Assembly (NCBI GenBank): GCA_027485595.1
Contig: JAIXQT010000075.1
Location: forward strand, 44,589-108,588
Reading direction: 5' to 3'
DNA from: Pseudomonadota bacterium
GTDB lineage: Bacteria > Bdellovibrionota_C > UBA2361 > OMII01
DNA length: 64,000 nt
Shown one piece after another: positions 20,254-30,411 of the stretch. The notes beneath the pieces are model-generated. The model was not told the origin of the DNA and did not search any database. It was given only the letters and a program-made list of their open reading frames with translations. Each line of letters starts with the position of its first letter. Position 1 is the first letter of the stretch. The position numbers were made by a program, and so were the translations under genes.

Positions 20254-21294
20254 GTGAAAACTATGCAGCGATCCCTCTCGCCCCGCCCTTCTTTACGTAG
20301 TCGGTTGTTGGTCGTTGTGGGATCTGTTGTGCTTGGGCTCGCTTTCTCGCGTGCGGCCGTTTCAGAGTCACGCCCAGTCATATCGATCTCGGCCACCTCG
20401 TATGATTTTGGCACCGTCGCCCAAGGTACAAAGGTTGTTCATGAGTTTGAGGTGAAGAACAAGGGGAACGCCGATCTCGTTATTCAGCGTTTGTCACCCT
20501 CGTGTGGATGCACCGCGACCCAAGTGGCGTCACCAATCATAAAGCCTGGAGGCTCTGAGAAGGTTCGAGTGACCTTTGATACGAGCGGCTTCATGGGGGA
20601 TAAAACAAAGAGCGTTCTTATCGCAAGTAACGATACCAACACTCCCGAAGTTATCGTGACCTTGAAGGGGCAAGTATTGTCGAGCTTCACAGTAGATCCG
20701 GCGCGAGTTGACTTCGGAGAGATATTTCCATCTTCGCCTCTGTCGGACCGGCAGCGAGAGGTAAGCTTCTCGGTTGCCGAGGGTAGTGACCTCAAGATCA
20801 CAAAGGTTACCAGTCTCTCTCCCTACCTCGTGACGACGCCGGTGGTCGCGCAGGGAAATCGAGCGACCGTTACGATTCAGATAGCGCCTACCGCCCCGTT
20901 AGGGGAGTTCCGAGATCGGGTAATTTTTGAGCTTGATGGAGGGCGTCGAGCGTCCGTCAATGTCCCTGTGAACGCCTCCGTTAAAGGAGATCTTCGTGTA
21001 ACGCCAAGCACTATCTCGTTCGGAGTTGTGGATGGACAGGCTTCCCTAGAGCGTCGTGTTCAATTCGAGAATAAGGGGCGTGACGCGGTAACCATTCAAT
21101 CGATCACATCCTCTGACCCAGCGGTTTCCGCGTCGATGGTGGAGGTGCAACCGGGACGTCTTGGTGTACTCATCGTGAAAGTTGATCCTCGTCGGGTGTC
21201 GGGCGATCTCAAGGCCACCGTTGAGGTTAGGACGAATCATGCGACTGAACCAGTGCTCGCAGTAAACGTATTCGGCGTCTTGCCCGCAAAATAG
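20254..21294 (+). CDS. Secreted DUF1573-like repeat protein
   Basis: Signal peptide and the characteristic SPSCGCT motif, within repeated Ig-like modules (...DFG.V..G....F.V.N.G...L.I). Confidence 0.5.
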   Translation: MKTMQRSLSPRPSLRSRLLVVVGSVVLGLAFSRAAVSESRPVISISATSYDFGTVAQGTKVVHEFEVKNKGNADLVIQRLSPSCGCTATQVASPIIKPGGSEKVRVTFDTSGFMGDKTKSVLIASNDTNTPEVIVTLKGQVLSSFTVDPARVDFGEIFPSSPLSDRQREVSFSVAEGSDLKITKVTSLSPYLVTTPVVAQGNRATVTIQIAPTAPLGEFRDRVIFELDGGRRASVNVPVNASVKGDLRVTPSTISFGVVDGQASLERRVQFENKGRDAVTIQSITSSDPAVSASMVEVQPGRLGVLIVKVDPRRVSGDLKATVEVRTNHATEPVLAVNVFGVLPAK

Positions 21295-21295
21295 C

Positions 21296-23077
21296 TTGAC
21301 CGAAGCTGGTGGATTGAGTCTAACGGAAAGCATGACTCTCCCCGTCACATCCCGTCCTCGGATGATAGCTGTTTTGTGTGTAGCCCGTATCGCTGTACTA
21401 GCGACTCTCTCCCTTTTTATTTCGCAGGCTATTTTACATGGGCACGCGGAAACATTTGAGTACGCGGGGAGAGCATTCAAGGTCGATAGCCTGAGGGATA
21501 TTGATGGGGACAGTGTCGCGCTTGAGGTCAACGGGCAAGAGCTACTCACCTCAAAGTCAACTCTTGGACGCTCGCTCTTCGCGCTCTACGCCCAACAACC
21601 TGAGCTGTTGGAGAAGCAGGGCGTTTTCAGTGGATACGGTTCGTGGGTCGCGACACTCCCATCACGTGGAGACGAGGCGGGAGCTGTTACCGCTGTGGAG
21701 CGGGTCCTTGGCTCTCCTCAGATTGATGTGGTCGGAAAACTGGGTTTTTACGCGGAAGTTGTTTCAACGAAGGATGGCGAGCGTGTGCTAAGCACGGCGG
21801 TTTCTTCGTTGGGTGGAGGCGACGTTGGTGTCTGTGGAGCGTTGGGTTTTCTGAGTTCAGAGAGTCAGCTCTTGCTCAAAGATGCGCAATCTATCGACCG
21901 GGAATGGATAACGATGACCTGCCCACGGTCGCTTGTCGAGCTCGCTCGTCAATTGATGGTAGGGGGAAAAACCGGGTGGGGTATCGATATGTTACGCGCC
22001 GCCGCCATGTTTTCACGTTCCAGCGAGATCGGAGAGGCCGCGAGCACTTCCCTGCAGAGAATCGAGATGCTCGACAAAGCCAGGAATTCTCAGGATCCGG
22101 CGCAGCTAACCTCAGCGCTTGAGGTCGCAAGTTTTGATGCCCTGTTGCGTGAGTACTTTGAGAAAATTCGCCCGGAGGTACTCGATGATTTTAGCGCGCG
22201 GGCCCTTCGGGATGGTAAGCCGATGACCGCTTTGCGGGCGTTGTCGCTCCTTGATTTCTCACTCCGGAATGATGCCCAGCACGAATTGGTGTCTCAGGCT
22301 CTTCATCAGTTGCATTTCGAGGATCGTGAGATCGTGCGTGACCCTGGTGTTCGCGCGTTAGTATGGTCGTACGCCACGAGGGATGACGACATACGGCAGC
22401 GATATATGGCTACCCTTGAGAATTGGATTAACCGTTGCCTTGATGAGGACAATCCTGGGCAGGCGTTGAGTTTGCTCCAGAACCTAACGGAATTAAGACT
22501 CGATCCTTCCCCGGCGAACGACACGCTGCGAGGTGCTATCGCTGAGCATTTTGTGGATAACGGGGACGATGAGGCCGCGAATAGGGTGTTGAGGGATATT
22601 CGAACGGAGTTGCCGTGGGTATATCGATTCCGGCTCCTGCTCAAGCGCGACATGTATGTGTTGATCATGGTGTCGCTTGGTTATGTCGTTGTTGTGCGAT
22701 GGGCTTTCATGCTTATCAATCTGATAAGGCGGAGGAACACCGCGAGAAGGATAGCTCAAGAGGCTGAAAGGAGAGCCGCTGAAATCGCTCAGCGCGAGTG
22801 GTATCACGCTCAATTCGCTGACGACGCCCTCAGAGCTGAGGGGTTTTTGGATATCGACGAATACGCGGCCGGGCTCAAAAAATTCAATCTTTCTCCCGGG
22901 GCGTCATTGAAAGAGATTAAGAACGCGTTTCGGCACGTGGTCAAAACTCTTCATCCGGATCTTAATCCACGGGCGAGTGAGGACGACACTCGGGTGTTTA
23001 TTGATCTTACCAGGACGTACGAGCGACTCCTTGTACTACACGCAGAGCGGGAGCGGCGGGCGACATCGTCGAAGTGA
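21296..23077 (+). CDS. Membrane protein with C-terminal J (DnaJ) domain
   Basis: TM helices near the N-terminus and at ~aa 445-470. The C-terminal J-domain carries an HPD motif (LKEIKNAFRHVVKTLHPDLNP...YERLL). Confidence 0.55.
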   Translation: MTEAGGLSLTESMTLPVTSRPRMIAVLCVARIAVLATLSLFISQAILHGHAETFEYAGRAFKVDSLRDIDGDSVALEVNGQELLTSKSTLGRSLFALYAQQPELLEKQGVFSGYGSWVATLPSRGDEAGAVTAVERVLGSPQIDVVGKLGFYAEVVSTKDGERVLSTAVSSLGGGDVGVCGALGFLSSESQLLLKDAQSIDREWITMTCPRSLVELARQLMVGGKTGWGIDMLRAAAMFSRSSEIGEAASTSLQRIEMLDKARNSQDPAQLTSALEVASFDALLREYFEKIRPEVLDDFSARALRDGKPMTALRALSLLDFSLRNDAQHELVSQALHQLHFEDREIVRDPGVRALVWSYATRDDDIRQRYMATLENWINRCLDEDNPGQALSLLQNLTELRLDPSPANDTLRGAIAEHFVDNGDDEAANRVLRDIRTELPWVYRFRLLLKRDMYVLIMVSLGYVVVVRWAFMLINLIRRRNTARRIAQEAERRAAEIAQREWYHAQFADDALRAEGFLDIDEYAAGLKKFNLSPGASLKEIKNAFRHVVKTLHPDLNPRASEDDTRVFIDLTRTYERLLVLHAERERRATSSK

Positions 23078-23675
23078 TGTGGCCTCTTGGTTGGAGCGAT
23101 TGGTTTCGAGGGCGTTGCGCGCGCATGGTCGGTCGGGAACGCATCGCGCGTCGCAAAGGGGGGCGTCTATCCGTATGGTTGCGTGTTGTTGAGAGCTCTT
23201 TAGTAACGGCCCTAGCATACATGTTCCGCGTAACGACTCGCGATCCGATCAGAGTCCGTTCCTCTGGTGAGAGGTCTCGGTAGAGCGCGCCAGCTTTGAG
23301 CCGGTGAGCGAGTTTTAAATCGTGGTCTACGCGTCGCCAAAAGAGTCTCATGAGTGCGACGTGCAGCGGGGAGGCGGGCTCGAGGTATTCGTTCAGTACA
23401 ACGATGGCCCACCATGGATTGCCATGACAGAGTTGGTGAGAGATGGATTTAAGAATGGGTTGGGTGAGTTTCATATCCCCCCATGAGCAGGCTCTGTGCC
23501 AGCAAGAAGGATCTCTAAGTGCATGTAAATAAAGGGCATTGTTGCCGCTTGCTGAGGCGGTTTGCATCATCCCCTGGGGTGACATACTACAGAGCCTGCC
23601 GTTCGCTGTACGGTCATAGAGCTGCTCGTTTATTGATAATTCGGGGCCAGTTTCGATGACAGACGCCGTCATCAT
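23007..23675 (-). CDS. Hypothetical protein (Trp/Cys-containing core; basic C-terminal tail may be out-of-frame read-through)
   Basis: The ORF is long and has a plausible hydrophobic core (CWHRACSWGDMKLTQPILKSISHQLCHGNPWWAIVVLNEY). No motif recognised. It overlaps the 3' end of the J-domain gene. Confidence 0.3.
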   Translation of the reverse strand: MMTASVIETGPELSINEQLYDRTANGRLCSMSPQGMMQTASASGNNALYLHALRDPSCWHRACSWGDMKLTQPILKSISHQLCHGNPWWAIVVLNEYLEPASPLHVALMRLFWRRVDHDLKLAHRLKAGALYRDLSPEERTLIGSRVVTRNMYARAVTKELSTTRNHTDRRPPLRRAMRSRPTMRAQRPRNQSLQPRGHITSTMSPAAPALRVVQGVARTSW

Positions 23676-23903
23676 GCGTATACTTCTGAGCGACGATCGG
23701 AGCACGCGAGAGAGTGTACGAACCCGGCCAGGATCGGAAGATAGCAACCGCACTACATGTATCTGTGATGTGTTTCCGGTCGTCGTTTGTACGAGGCGTT
23801 CCAAAATAATCCCATCCTCATAGCTCGTTGCGCAAAGTTCTTGATGCGAATTCGTACAAGACTGAGTATCGTGTAGAAGCTTGTTTGTTTTTGGAAAACG
23901 AGA

Positions 23904-25604
23904 GTGTCCTACCTAGTCCTTGCCAGAAAATATCGCCCATCGGTTTTTAGTTCCGTCAGTGGACAAGAGCATGTCACCCGAACGCTCGCAAACGCGCTGA
24001 AACGGGATAAGGTAGTTCACGCGTATCTCTTCACTGGACCGAGAGGGGTTGGAAAGACCTCCGTGTCTCGAATCCTCGCTAAAGCCATCAATTGCCAAAA
24101 TCCTCAGGATGCTGAGCCGTGTCTGGAATGTCCAACTTGCCTTGAGATCGGGGCGGGAACCAGCCTTGCGGTTCGAGAGATCGACGGAGCCTCGCATAAT
24201 AGCGTTGAGAACGTTCGCGATCTGATGGATTCGTTCAAGTCGCTTCCACCTCCTGGCTACAAGCGAAAGATCTACATCATCGACGAGGTGCACATGTTGA
24301 GCATCTCGGCGTTTAACGCGCTTTTGAAGAGCTTAGAGGAGCCTCCTCCTCATACTGTGTTCATCCTCGCCACCACAGATGTTCATAAGATTCCAGAGAC
24401 CGTTATCTCGCGGTGTCAGCGCCACGATTTTAGAGCGCTCAGCATGGCGGCTATTGAAGCGCGATTGCGTGAGGTGTGTGACGCCGAGAAGATTGAGGCT
24501 GACTCGGAGTCGTTAAAATTAGTCGCGCGCATGGCGGATGGATCGATGCGTGACGCACAGACCCTACTTGATAGGGTACAGAGTTTTTGTGAGGGGGGCA
24601 TCTCTGCCTCGGAGACTAGTCGAGCGCTTGGGACCGTTGATCAGCGGATCTTGTTTGAGCTTGCACAGGCGATCATCGCTCGGGATACGGCGACCGTACT
24701 GGGAAGAGCCTCTGACATATTCGCGACAGGGATTGATCCCTCAACGCTTCTTCGAGAGTTTGTTCACTTTTGGCGAGAGGCGTTTGTCGCCAAGTTAGGC
24801 GGTGAGAACGCGCTTCTCGGCTTGGGTTTAGGTAAGGACGCAACCGTTGAGTTGCTCAGGCTCGTCTCGTCCCTTGAGGCGACCGACATGCAAGACCTGT
24901 GGGATGTCGCTCGCGATGGCGCTGATAGAGCGCTTCGCTCAGCTCATCCTCGATATGGCTTTGAGGCGCTCGTCGCTCGTATGGCGACACGACAACCGGT
25001 AGCTGAGATCGGGGCGATTATAGGTCGTCTCATGAGCGGTGGGGATGAGCGTAAAGCTGGCGCTCCAACTCCTCCGCGTAGTGGCGCATCAAGTGCTCCT
25101 GTTCAAACAGCTCCACGTGAACCGGCCGTGCCTCGATCCGCCGCTCCAGAGCCGGTAGCCTCTTCAAGCGCCGTCGCCTCCCCTCCCATGGCCGGTGCGA
25201 TGATTGCTGGAAGCGCCGGGTTTGCGTGGGAGGAGATCGTCGCGTTCGCCTCGGACACCACAGGTCGAGTGTTTGTTGAGAATTTGAAGCGGCTTCGACC
25301 GACCCGGTGTGAGGTCGGTGTGTTTGAGGCGGTTGGTCCGGAGTTTACCGCAACGAGTTTGATGCGGGAAAAAGACAAGGTCATCGAGATCTTCAATCAG
25401 TATCTTGATAAGCAGGGAGCGGCGCGTCCGCGGGCTTGGAAGGTGGTGATTCAGAAGGGGCAGGGGGCGGTCGAGGTGTCGGTGTCTGAGAAGGCGCAGG
25501 CGAAGGCACAAGGCGAGCGAGAGCTGCATGGACATCCGGCGGTGCAGAGCTTGCAGAAGATATTCCCGGGCAGCAAGGTCGAGCAGGTCAGGGGAAAAGA
25601 ATAA
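23904..25604 (+). CDS. dnaX: DNA polymerase III subunit gamma/tau
   Basis: The N-terminal clamp-loader AAA+ module (YRPSVFSSVSGQEHV...GPRGVGKTS, zinc module CQNPQDAEPCLECPTC, SRC motif ISRCQ). It forms the conserved dnaX-ybaB-recR order. Confidence 0.9.
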   Translation: MSYLVLARKYRPSVFSSVSGQEHVTRTLANALKRDKVVHAYLFTGPRGVGKTSVSRILAKAINCQNPQDAEPCLECPTCLEIGAGTSLAVREIDGASHNSVENVRDLMDSFKSLPPPGYKRKIYIIDEVHMLSISAFNALLKSLEEPPPHTVFILATTDVHKIPETVISRCQRHDFRALSMAAIEARLREVCDAEKIEADSESLKLVARMADGSMRDAQTLLDRVQSFCEGGISASETSRALGTVDQRILFELAQAIIARDTATVLGRASDIFATGIDPSTLLREFVHFWREAFVAKLGGENALLGLGLGKDATVELLRLVSSLEATDMQDLWDVARDGADRALRSAHPRYGFEALVARMATRQPVAEIGAIIGRLMSGGDERKAGAPTPPRSGASSAPVQTAPREPAVPRSAAPEPVASSSAVASPPMAGAMIAGSAGFAWEEIVAFASDTTGRVFVENLKRLRPTRCEVGVFEAVGPEFTATSLMREKDKVIEIFNQYLDKQGAARPRAWKVVIQKGQGAVEVSVSEKAQAKAQGERELHGHPAVQSLQKIFPGSKVEQVRGKE

Positions 25605-25637
25605 TTTAACTCACTCATTATTGTGGAGATTGGTGGT

Positions 25638-25979
25638 ATGGCGAAGGGCTTTAATGGCTTTCCAGGTGGCGGCAATATGCAGGCGCTTCTTCAGCAGGCG
25701 CAAAAAATGCAGCGTGATATGCAGGTCGCGCAGGCTCACGCCGAGGCGTTTGAGGCGGAAGGTTCCGTTGGTGGCGGTGCGGTAAAGATCAAGGTAAATG
25801 GTAAGTATGAGGTGCTCGCCGTTGAGATTAAGCCTGAAGCGGTTGATCCTTCGAGCGTTGATCTCCTCCAAGATATGGTTAAGTCAGCGGCTAACGAAGC
25901 TATTGCTAAAATTAGGAGCAATACCGATGCGGCACTTTCTAAGGTTACCGGTGGAATGAGCATTCCTGGATTGTCTTAG
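25638..25979 (+). CDS. ybaB: YbaB/EbfC-family nucleoid-associated protein
   Basis: [25 protein letters not shown]... is the typical YbaB sequence. Confidence 0.85.
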   Translation: MAKGFNGFPGGGNMQALLQQAQKMQRDMQVAQAHAEAFEAEGSVGGGAVKIKVNGKYEVLAVEIKPEAVDPSSVDLLQDMVKSAANEAIAKIRSNTDAALSKVTGGMSIPGLS

Positions 25980-26173
25980 CAGGGTGGTGAAAAATGATTT
26001 CCCGTTGCGCCTTTCGATGGTTTGACTCCAACTTCGTTGGAGCCAACGAAAAAATCCTCGACGTATCTCAGTGGATACGCCTCCGGTTTTTTCGTCGTCT
26101 CCGCCTCGTTTCGCCGAAACCCTCAAAATGCTCACGGCGGAACCGTTTTTCACCACCCTGCTAGGAGGCTTCG

Positions 26174-26779
26174 ATGCTAGTATTTCCTCCCGCTCTTCAA
26201 CGTTTGATCAAGGAGCTCTCGAAGCTCCCCTCAGTCGGTGAGAAGACCGCGACCCGGTTGGCGTATCATCTGATTGCGAACGATCGAGATCTCGCTCGGT
26301 CTCTTGGAGCTGCATTGCAACAAGCCGCGCACGATGTGCGGCTATGCGAGCGATGTTTCTTCTTGAGTGAGGAATCGTTGTGCTCACTGTGTCGAAATGC
26401 ATCTCGAGACCCATCGTTGCTGTGCGTTGTTGAGAAACCGGTCGACCTGGTTGCCATTGAGCGAGGAGGGGAGTTCAAGGGGCTCTATCACATCCTTCAC
26501 GGTCTCTGGGCGCCTCTCAGAGGACAGGGCCCTGACAGCATGAAGCTTAAGGAGCTCATGGATCGGGTCCGAGGTGGGGCGGTATCGGAGGTCATCTTGG
26601 CCACGAGTGCCACGGTTGAGGGGGACGCAACAGCGCTCTACATCGGCCGTATGTTGGCGGATTTGGGCATCAAAACGACTCGACCCGCGCAAGGCATACC
26701 CAAGGGCGGGGAGCTGGAATACGCTGATGACGTTACCCTTTCTCGGGCTTTTGCCGCTCGAAATACCTTGCAGTTTTAG
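26174..26779 (+). CDS. recR: Recombination protein RecR
   Basis: The HhH domain, the C4 zinc finger (CERCFFLSEESLCSLC) and the Toprim domain are in RecR order. Confidence 0.9.
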   Translation: MLVFPPALQRLIKELSKLPSVGEKTATRLAYHLIANDRDLARSLGAALQQAAHDVRLCERCFFLSEESLCSLCRNASRDPSLLCVVEKPVDLVAIERGGEFKGLYHILHGLWAPLRGQGPDSMKLKELMDRVRGGAVSEVILATSATVEGDATALYIGRMLADLGIKTTRPAQGIPKGGELEYADDVTLSRAFAARNTLQF

Positions 26780-26877
26780 TGAGTTTTTTCAGCTGGTTTT
26801 GGCCATGTTTCTGACAAAAGAAGGGTGTGGGTATCTTGACTTTCACGCCCTTTGAGCGATTATAGACCGGTCAATTT

Positions 26878-26952
26878 TCCCCGGTAGCTCAGTTGGTAGA
26901 GCAGGCGGCTGTTAACCGCCTTGTCGGGGGTTCGAGTCCCTCCCGGGGAGCC
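26878..26952 (+). tRNA. tRNA-Asn (anticodon GTT)
   Basis: Cloverleaf by hand. The acceptor stem TCCCCGG pairs with CCGGGGA. The D-arm is GCTCAGTTGGTAGAGC, the anticodon stem-loop is GGCGG-CTGTTAA-CCGCC, and the T-arm is GGGGGTTCGAGTCCCTC. The discriminator G and CCA are encoded. Confidence 0.85.
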
Positions 26953-27241
26953 ATTTGTCCGAACAGGACCGATAGGCTCCTCTTTTTTTATCCATACATT
27001 CATTCGGTATGCCCCGCGTCCATTCGGAGGGCGACTGTCCACGGTCGCCGAAATGTCGCGCATCGTACATGACGTTCGCCCTACGCAACGACTCGGCGGT
27101 CGGGGACCCGCCTTCGCTTCGCTACGTCGAGGCAAGCCGGTCGCCGTAATTCCGTGATCCCATGCCCCCTTCGCCAAGGATGGCAGAAATCGCGCATCTC
27201 GGGCATCGTAGGAGCGTACAGTTTTTGAACCGGTTCGTAGT

Positions 27242-27937
27242 ATGGACGCTGAATTTCTCGCTATCGCCCTCATTTGGTACGTTGCATTTCTCTTTAGCAC
27301 GGTATGCCATGAAGCGGCGCACGCTTTAGTGGCGAAGTGGGGGGGGGATCTCACCGCGTACGCTGGTGGGCACGTCACCTTAGATCCTATCCCTCACATC
27401 AAACGGGAACCGTTAGGTTTGGTAGTTATACCGTGGCTATGTCTGATCGCCTCGCAGGGAACAAGCTTGTTCGGCTGGGGAAGCGCTCCGTTTGATCCAT
27501 ATTGGCAGATTCGATACCCCAAGCGCGCCGCCCTCATGGCGCTCGCTGGTCCAGTGAGTAATTTTCTTATCGCGCTCATCGCGGCGGTTCTGATGCATAT
27601 CGGTATCTCCGCGGGCGTGTTTACCCTGACTTTTTCTCCAGTCGTTGCGTCAACCGCGGGTGGTTTTCTCGATGGCGCGGCGATGTTTCTGAGCGTTCTT
27701 TTTATCCTCAACATTATCCTCGGAGTTTTCAATCTTCTACCGATTCCACCCTTGGATGGATATTCCGTCCTGGGGCTCTTCGTGCCGGAGCGGACCTACT
27801 TACAACTTCTCGAATTCGCAAGAGGATCGGGTTTTTCCATTCTCGGCATTATCGTCGCCTACCAGCTTTTTCCACACCTGGTTCGACCGGTACTAAGCTG
27901 GGCCATGTATCTCTTCATGCTACCGCTTGTCCCGTAG
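27242..27937 (+). CDS. Site-2 protease family (peptidase M50) integral membrane zinc metalloprotease
   Basis: HExxH motif (HEAAHALVA) in TM1, a polytopic membrane topology, and LDG in a C-terminal TM segment. Confidence 0.65.
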   Translation: MDAEFLAIALIWYVAFLFSTVCHEAAHALVAKWGGDLTAYAGGHVTLDPIPHIKREPLGLVVIPWLCLIASQGTSLFGWGSAPFDPYWQIRYPKRAALMALAGPVSNFLIALIAAVLMHIGISAGVFTLTFSPVVASTAGGFLDGAAMFLSVLFILNIILGVFNLLPIPPLDGYSVLGLFVPERTYLQLLEFARGSGFSILGIIVAYQLFPHLVRPVLSWAMYLFMLPLVP

Positions 27938-28762
27938 CGTTCTTCGGCGCGTTCGTGGTGTCGGCTGACAGGTGGGGCATACGTGAGTTCCACGTTGTCC
28001 TACTACGATACGCATGATCGTATCGCGACACCGCGAGCACTTCTTCTCCTCTCGCCCGTAGACGCGAGGTTTGTACATACCTCCGTCAACCACGCCATCT
28101 CCGAAGTCGCACCCAAGCTTTTCGATCGCTTCGATGAGAGTTTCTTGAATCGCTTTGTGGAGTTTTAAAAAATGCTCGGCAGACAGAGAGGACGCGCGGG
28201 TGAGAGGGTGAACTTTGATCTTCCACAACACCTCATCAACGTAAATGTTTCCCAGCCCCGCAATGACAGTTTGGTCAAGGAGAACCGGTTTAATCCTTCC
28301 AGATTTTTGGGAGAGGATCATGTGAAGCGCCGCTGGTGTGCATGAGGGAGCGAGGGGCTCAAGGCCGAGGTGCCCCACCACATCGTCCGGATCTTCACAG
28401 AGAGTCATCCGACCGAACTTTCGAGTATCGTTAAATCGGATACTCTTTCCTGAGTCGAGTTCAAGGCAGACCCTGTCGTGTCGATCGATCTCGAAATCGG
28501 TTGGAATGACGTCGAGGGATCCACTCATTCGAAGGTGGGTAAACAGATAGAGAGGACTCTGAGAGTCAAGTCGCATGCCGATGTACTTACCGCGACGAAA
28601 GACTGAAGAGATCTTCGTTCCCGTGATCTGATGCAGAAAAGCGGCGGGGGCTTGGGGAGAAACGGTTCGTGCCCACGAGACATGACCACGCACGATCGTC
28701 GCTCCTTCGACGCGCTCGCGCACATAATCAACGGTTGCTTGTACCTCTGGAAGTTCGGGCAT
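27920..28762 (-). CDS. mutM: Formamidopyrimidine-DNA glycosylase
   Basis: MPELPEV N-terminus with catalytic Pro2, the H2TH region, and a C-terminal zinc finger (CSRCRDTIMRIVVGQRGTHVCPTCQ). Confidence 0.9.
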   Translation of the reverse strand: MPELPEVQATVDYVRERVEGATIVRGHVSWARTVSPQAPAAFLHQITGTKISSVFRRGKYIGMRLDSQSPLYLFTHLRMSGSLDVIPTDFEIDRHDRVCLELDSGKSIRFNDTRKFGRMTLCEDPDDVVGHLGLEPLAPSCTPAALHMILSQKSGRIKPVLLDQTVIAGLGNIYVDEVLWKIKVHPLTRASSLSAEHFLKLHKAIQETLIEAIEKLGCDFGDGVVDGGMYKPRVYGREEKKCSRCRDTIMRIVVGQRGTHVCPTCQPTPRTRRRTLRDKR

Positions 28763-28951
28763 AACGGCCTGGTTTGATGGGGGAGTATAGCTGTTTTATC
28801 GCATCAGAGGGAGGCGATCGGCGAGTGAACTTCCCAACTTGTTGGATTTACTACGAGGTCGGGTCGCCACGGATACGCCACGATCGTATCAGCTCGGTAA
28901 GTCCTTATTTTAATCAGAGTTTCTGCCGATTTTCAGCTATGGAGGCCTTTT

Positions 28952-30409
28952 TTGCCGATGCGCATCGTTCACCGATATCAAAGCGAGCAGATGAATATCG
29001 AGTTGTCGATCTCTGACGACAGGCTCAAGCTGTTCGCCAAGGTGGTACCGCAGCCTAAGCATGAGGAGGCGAACGAAGGTATCCTGATAGAGGAGTTGCT
29101 TAAAGTAACTCAGGGCGAGCTCATAGAGCGGGATGTCGTCGAAGATATCATCCGTCAACTTCATGAGAACAAAGGGTGTGAGGGAAGAAGGGTCGCCAAG
29201 GGGCAGCCACCCGTTTTGGGGCGTGATGGAAAGATCGTGTGGCTTGTTCGTCGTTTCCGGCAGGGTTCGGCGGTTTCATCAAGTAGAGAGCTCGCGGACT
29301 TCTATAACTTGGGTCTCTTTGAAAATATCGAGGCGGGACGGGAGGTGGCGCGTGTGTATAAGCCATCTGAAGGGCAACCCGGAATTGATGTGATGGGCGT
29401 TCCTATCGCTTCGAAAGCTGGAAAGCCGGTGGCCGAAAGATTCGACAAAACGCTTGAATTTAAACCTGATGAGCAGCGAGATGACTATCAGACTCTGCTA
29501 GCTGCGGTTACCGGCTACGCTCACGAGGAGAACGGAAAAGTTTCGATTCGAAATACCCTGAATATCGCCGGAAATCTCGACTACGAGATGGGGCACATCG
29601 ATTTTATCGGTAATGTTCGGGTGGGAGGTGACGTTCAAAAGGGCTTTCACATAAAGGCGCGGGGCGACATAGAGGTTGCTGGCTCAGTTCTAGGCGAGAA
29701 TCAGCTGACAAGCGATGGATCGATTACGATCCGGGGTTTTCATCAAGGGGGAGAGGGCTCCATTCTTCGAGCTCGTAATAACTATTCCGTGGGACTGGTG
29801 CAGAACGTCACCGCCGACGTTGGCGGCAGTATTACCATTCTCAAAGAGGCCCGGGACTGCTCGTTTCGAGCCTCCGCGGCGGTCATAGCGTCGCAGGCGA
29901 CGATTGTCGGCGGTACAATCTGGTGCGTGAAAGGTTTGGAGGCAAAGATACTTGGCAACCCTGCTGGCGTCAGGACGATCGTTGAGCTTCGAAACGAGTT
30001 GGAAGTCACGCCAGAGTATCGGCGTGTCGAGGAAAGTATCAAAAAGCATGAAGTCGCTATCGCCGCGCTTGAGCTTCACATCGGCCCGTATCTCCGGAAT
30101 CGAAAGCGAGTGCCCCTTCTTGCCGCGAAATTCAAGATGAAGATTACTGAGCTGCTCAATAAGTACGACGGAGTGCAGGCATCTCTTACGAAACTGCAGG
30201 AGTCGTTACAACAGATGCATGAATCGAAGCCTACGGAGGAGTCATCGCGAGTCAACGTTCTCGGGATGGCGTACGCAGGTGTGGTGTTAAGCGCCGCCAC
30301 CACGAAGACACAATTTCAGGAGAATAAGCAGGGGCCTCTTAGCTTTAAGCCGGATCCGGCGGGAGCTGAGTGGGTTTCAGTGCCGTATGAACCATTGCTA
30401 AAGGGATAG
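28952..30409 (+). CDS. FapA/DUF342-family protein (beta-helical repeat core plus C-terminal coiled-coil)
   Basis: A repetitive (V/I)xGxV..G segment (VRVGGDVQKGFHIKARGDIEVAGSVLG...ITIRGF...) typical of DUF342. The assignment is by pattern only. Confidence 0.45.
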   Translation: MPMRIVHRYQSEQMNIELSISDDRLKLFAKVVPQPKHEEANEGILIEELLKVTQGELIERDVVEDIIRQLHENKGCEGRRVAKGQPPVLGRDGKIVWLVRRFRQGSAVSSSRELADFYNLGLFENIEAGREVARVYKPSEGQPGIDVMGVPIASKAGKPVAERFDKTLEFKPDEQRDDYQTLLAAVTGYAHEENGKVSIRNTLNIAGNLDYEMGHIDFIGNVRVGGDVQKGFHIKARGDIEVAGSVLGENQLTSDGSITIRGFHQGGEGSILRARNNYSVGLVQNVTADVGGSITILKEARDCSFRASAAVIASQATIVGGTIWCVKGLEAKILGNPAGVRTIVELRNELEVTPEYRRVEESIKKHEVAIAALELHIGPYLRNRKRVPLLAAKFKMKITELLNKYDGVQASLTKLQESLQQMHESKPTEESSRVNVLGMAYAGVVLSAATTKTQFQENKQGPLSFKPDPAGAEWVSVPYEPLLKG

Positions 30410-30411
30410 GT

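Noticed and set aside
23904-25604. Possible programmed -1 frameshift site in dnaX
   Set aside because: I looked for an A AAA AAG-type slippery heptamer with a downstream hairpin after domain III and did not see one, so no tau/gamma frameshift is claimed.
26860-27378. 172-aa minus-strand ORF overlapping the tRNA-Asn
   Set aside because: Its C-terminus (...LLYQLSYRGKLTGL) is the classic antisense translation of a tRNA gene, and the rest is Arg/Pro-rich low complexity. It is a spurious ORF.
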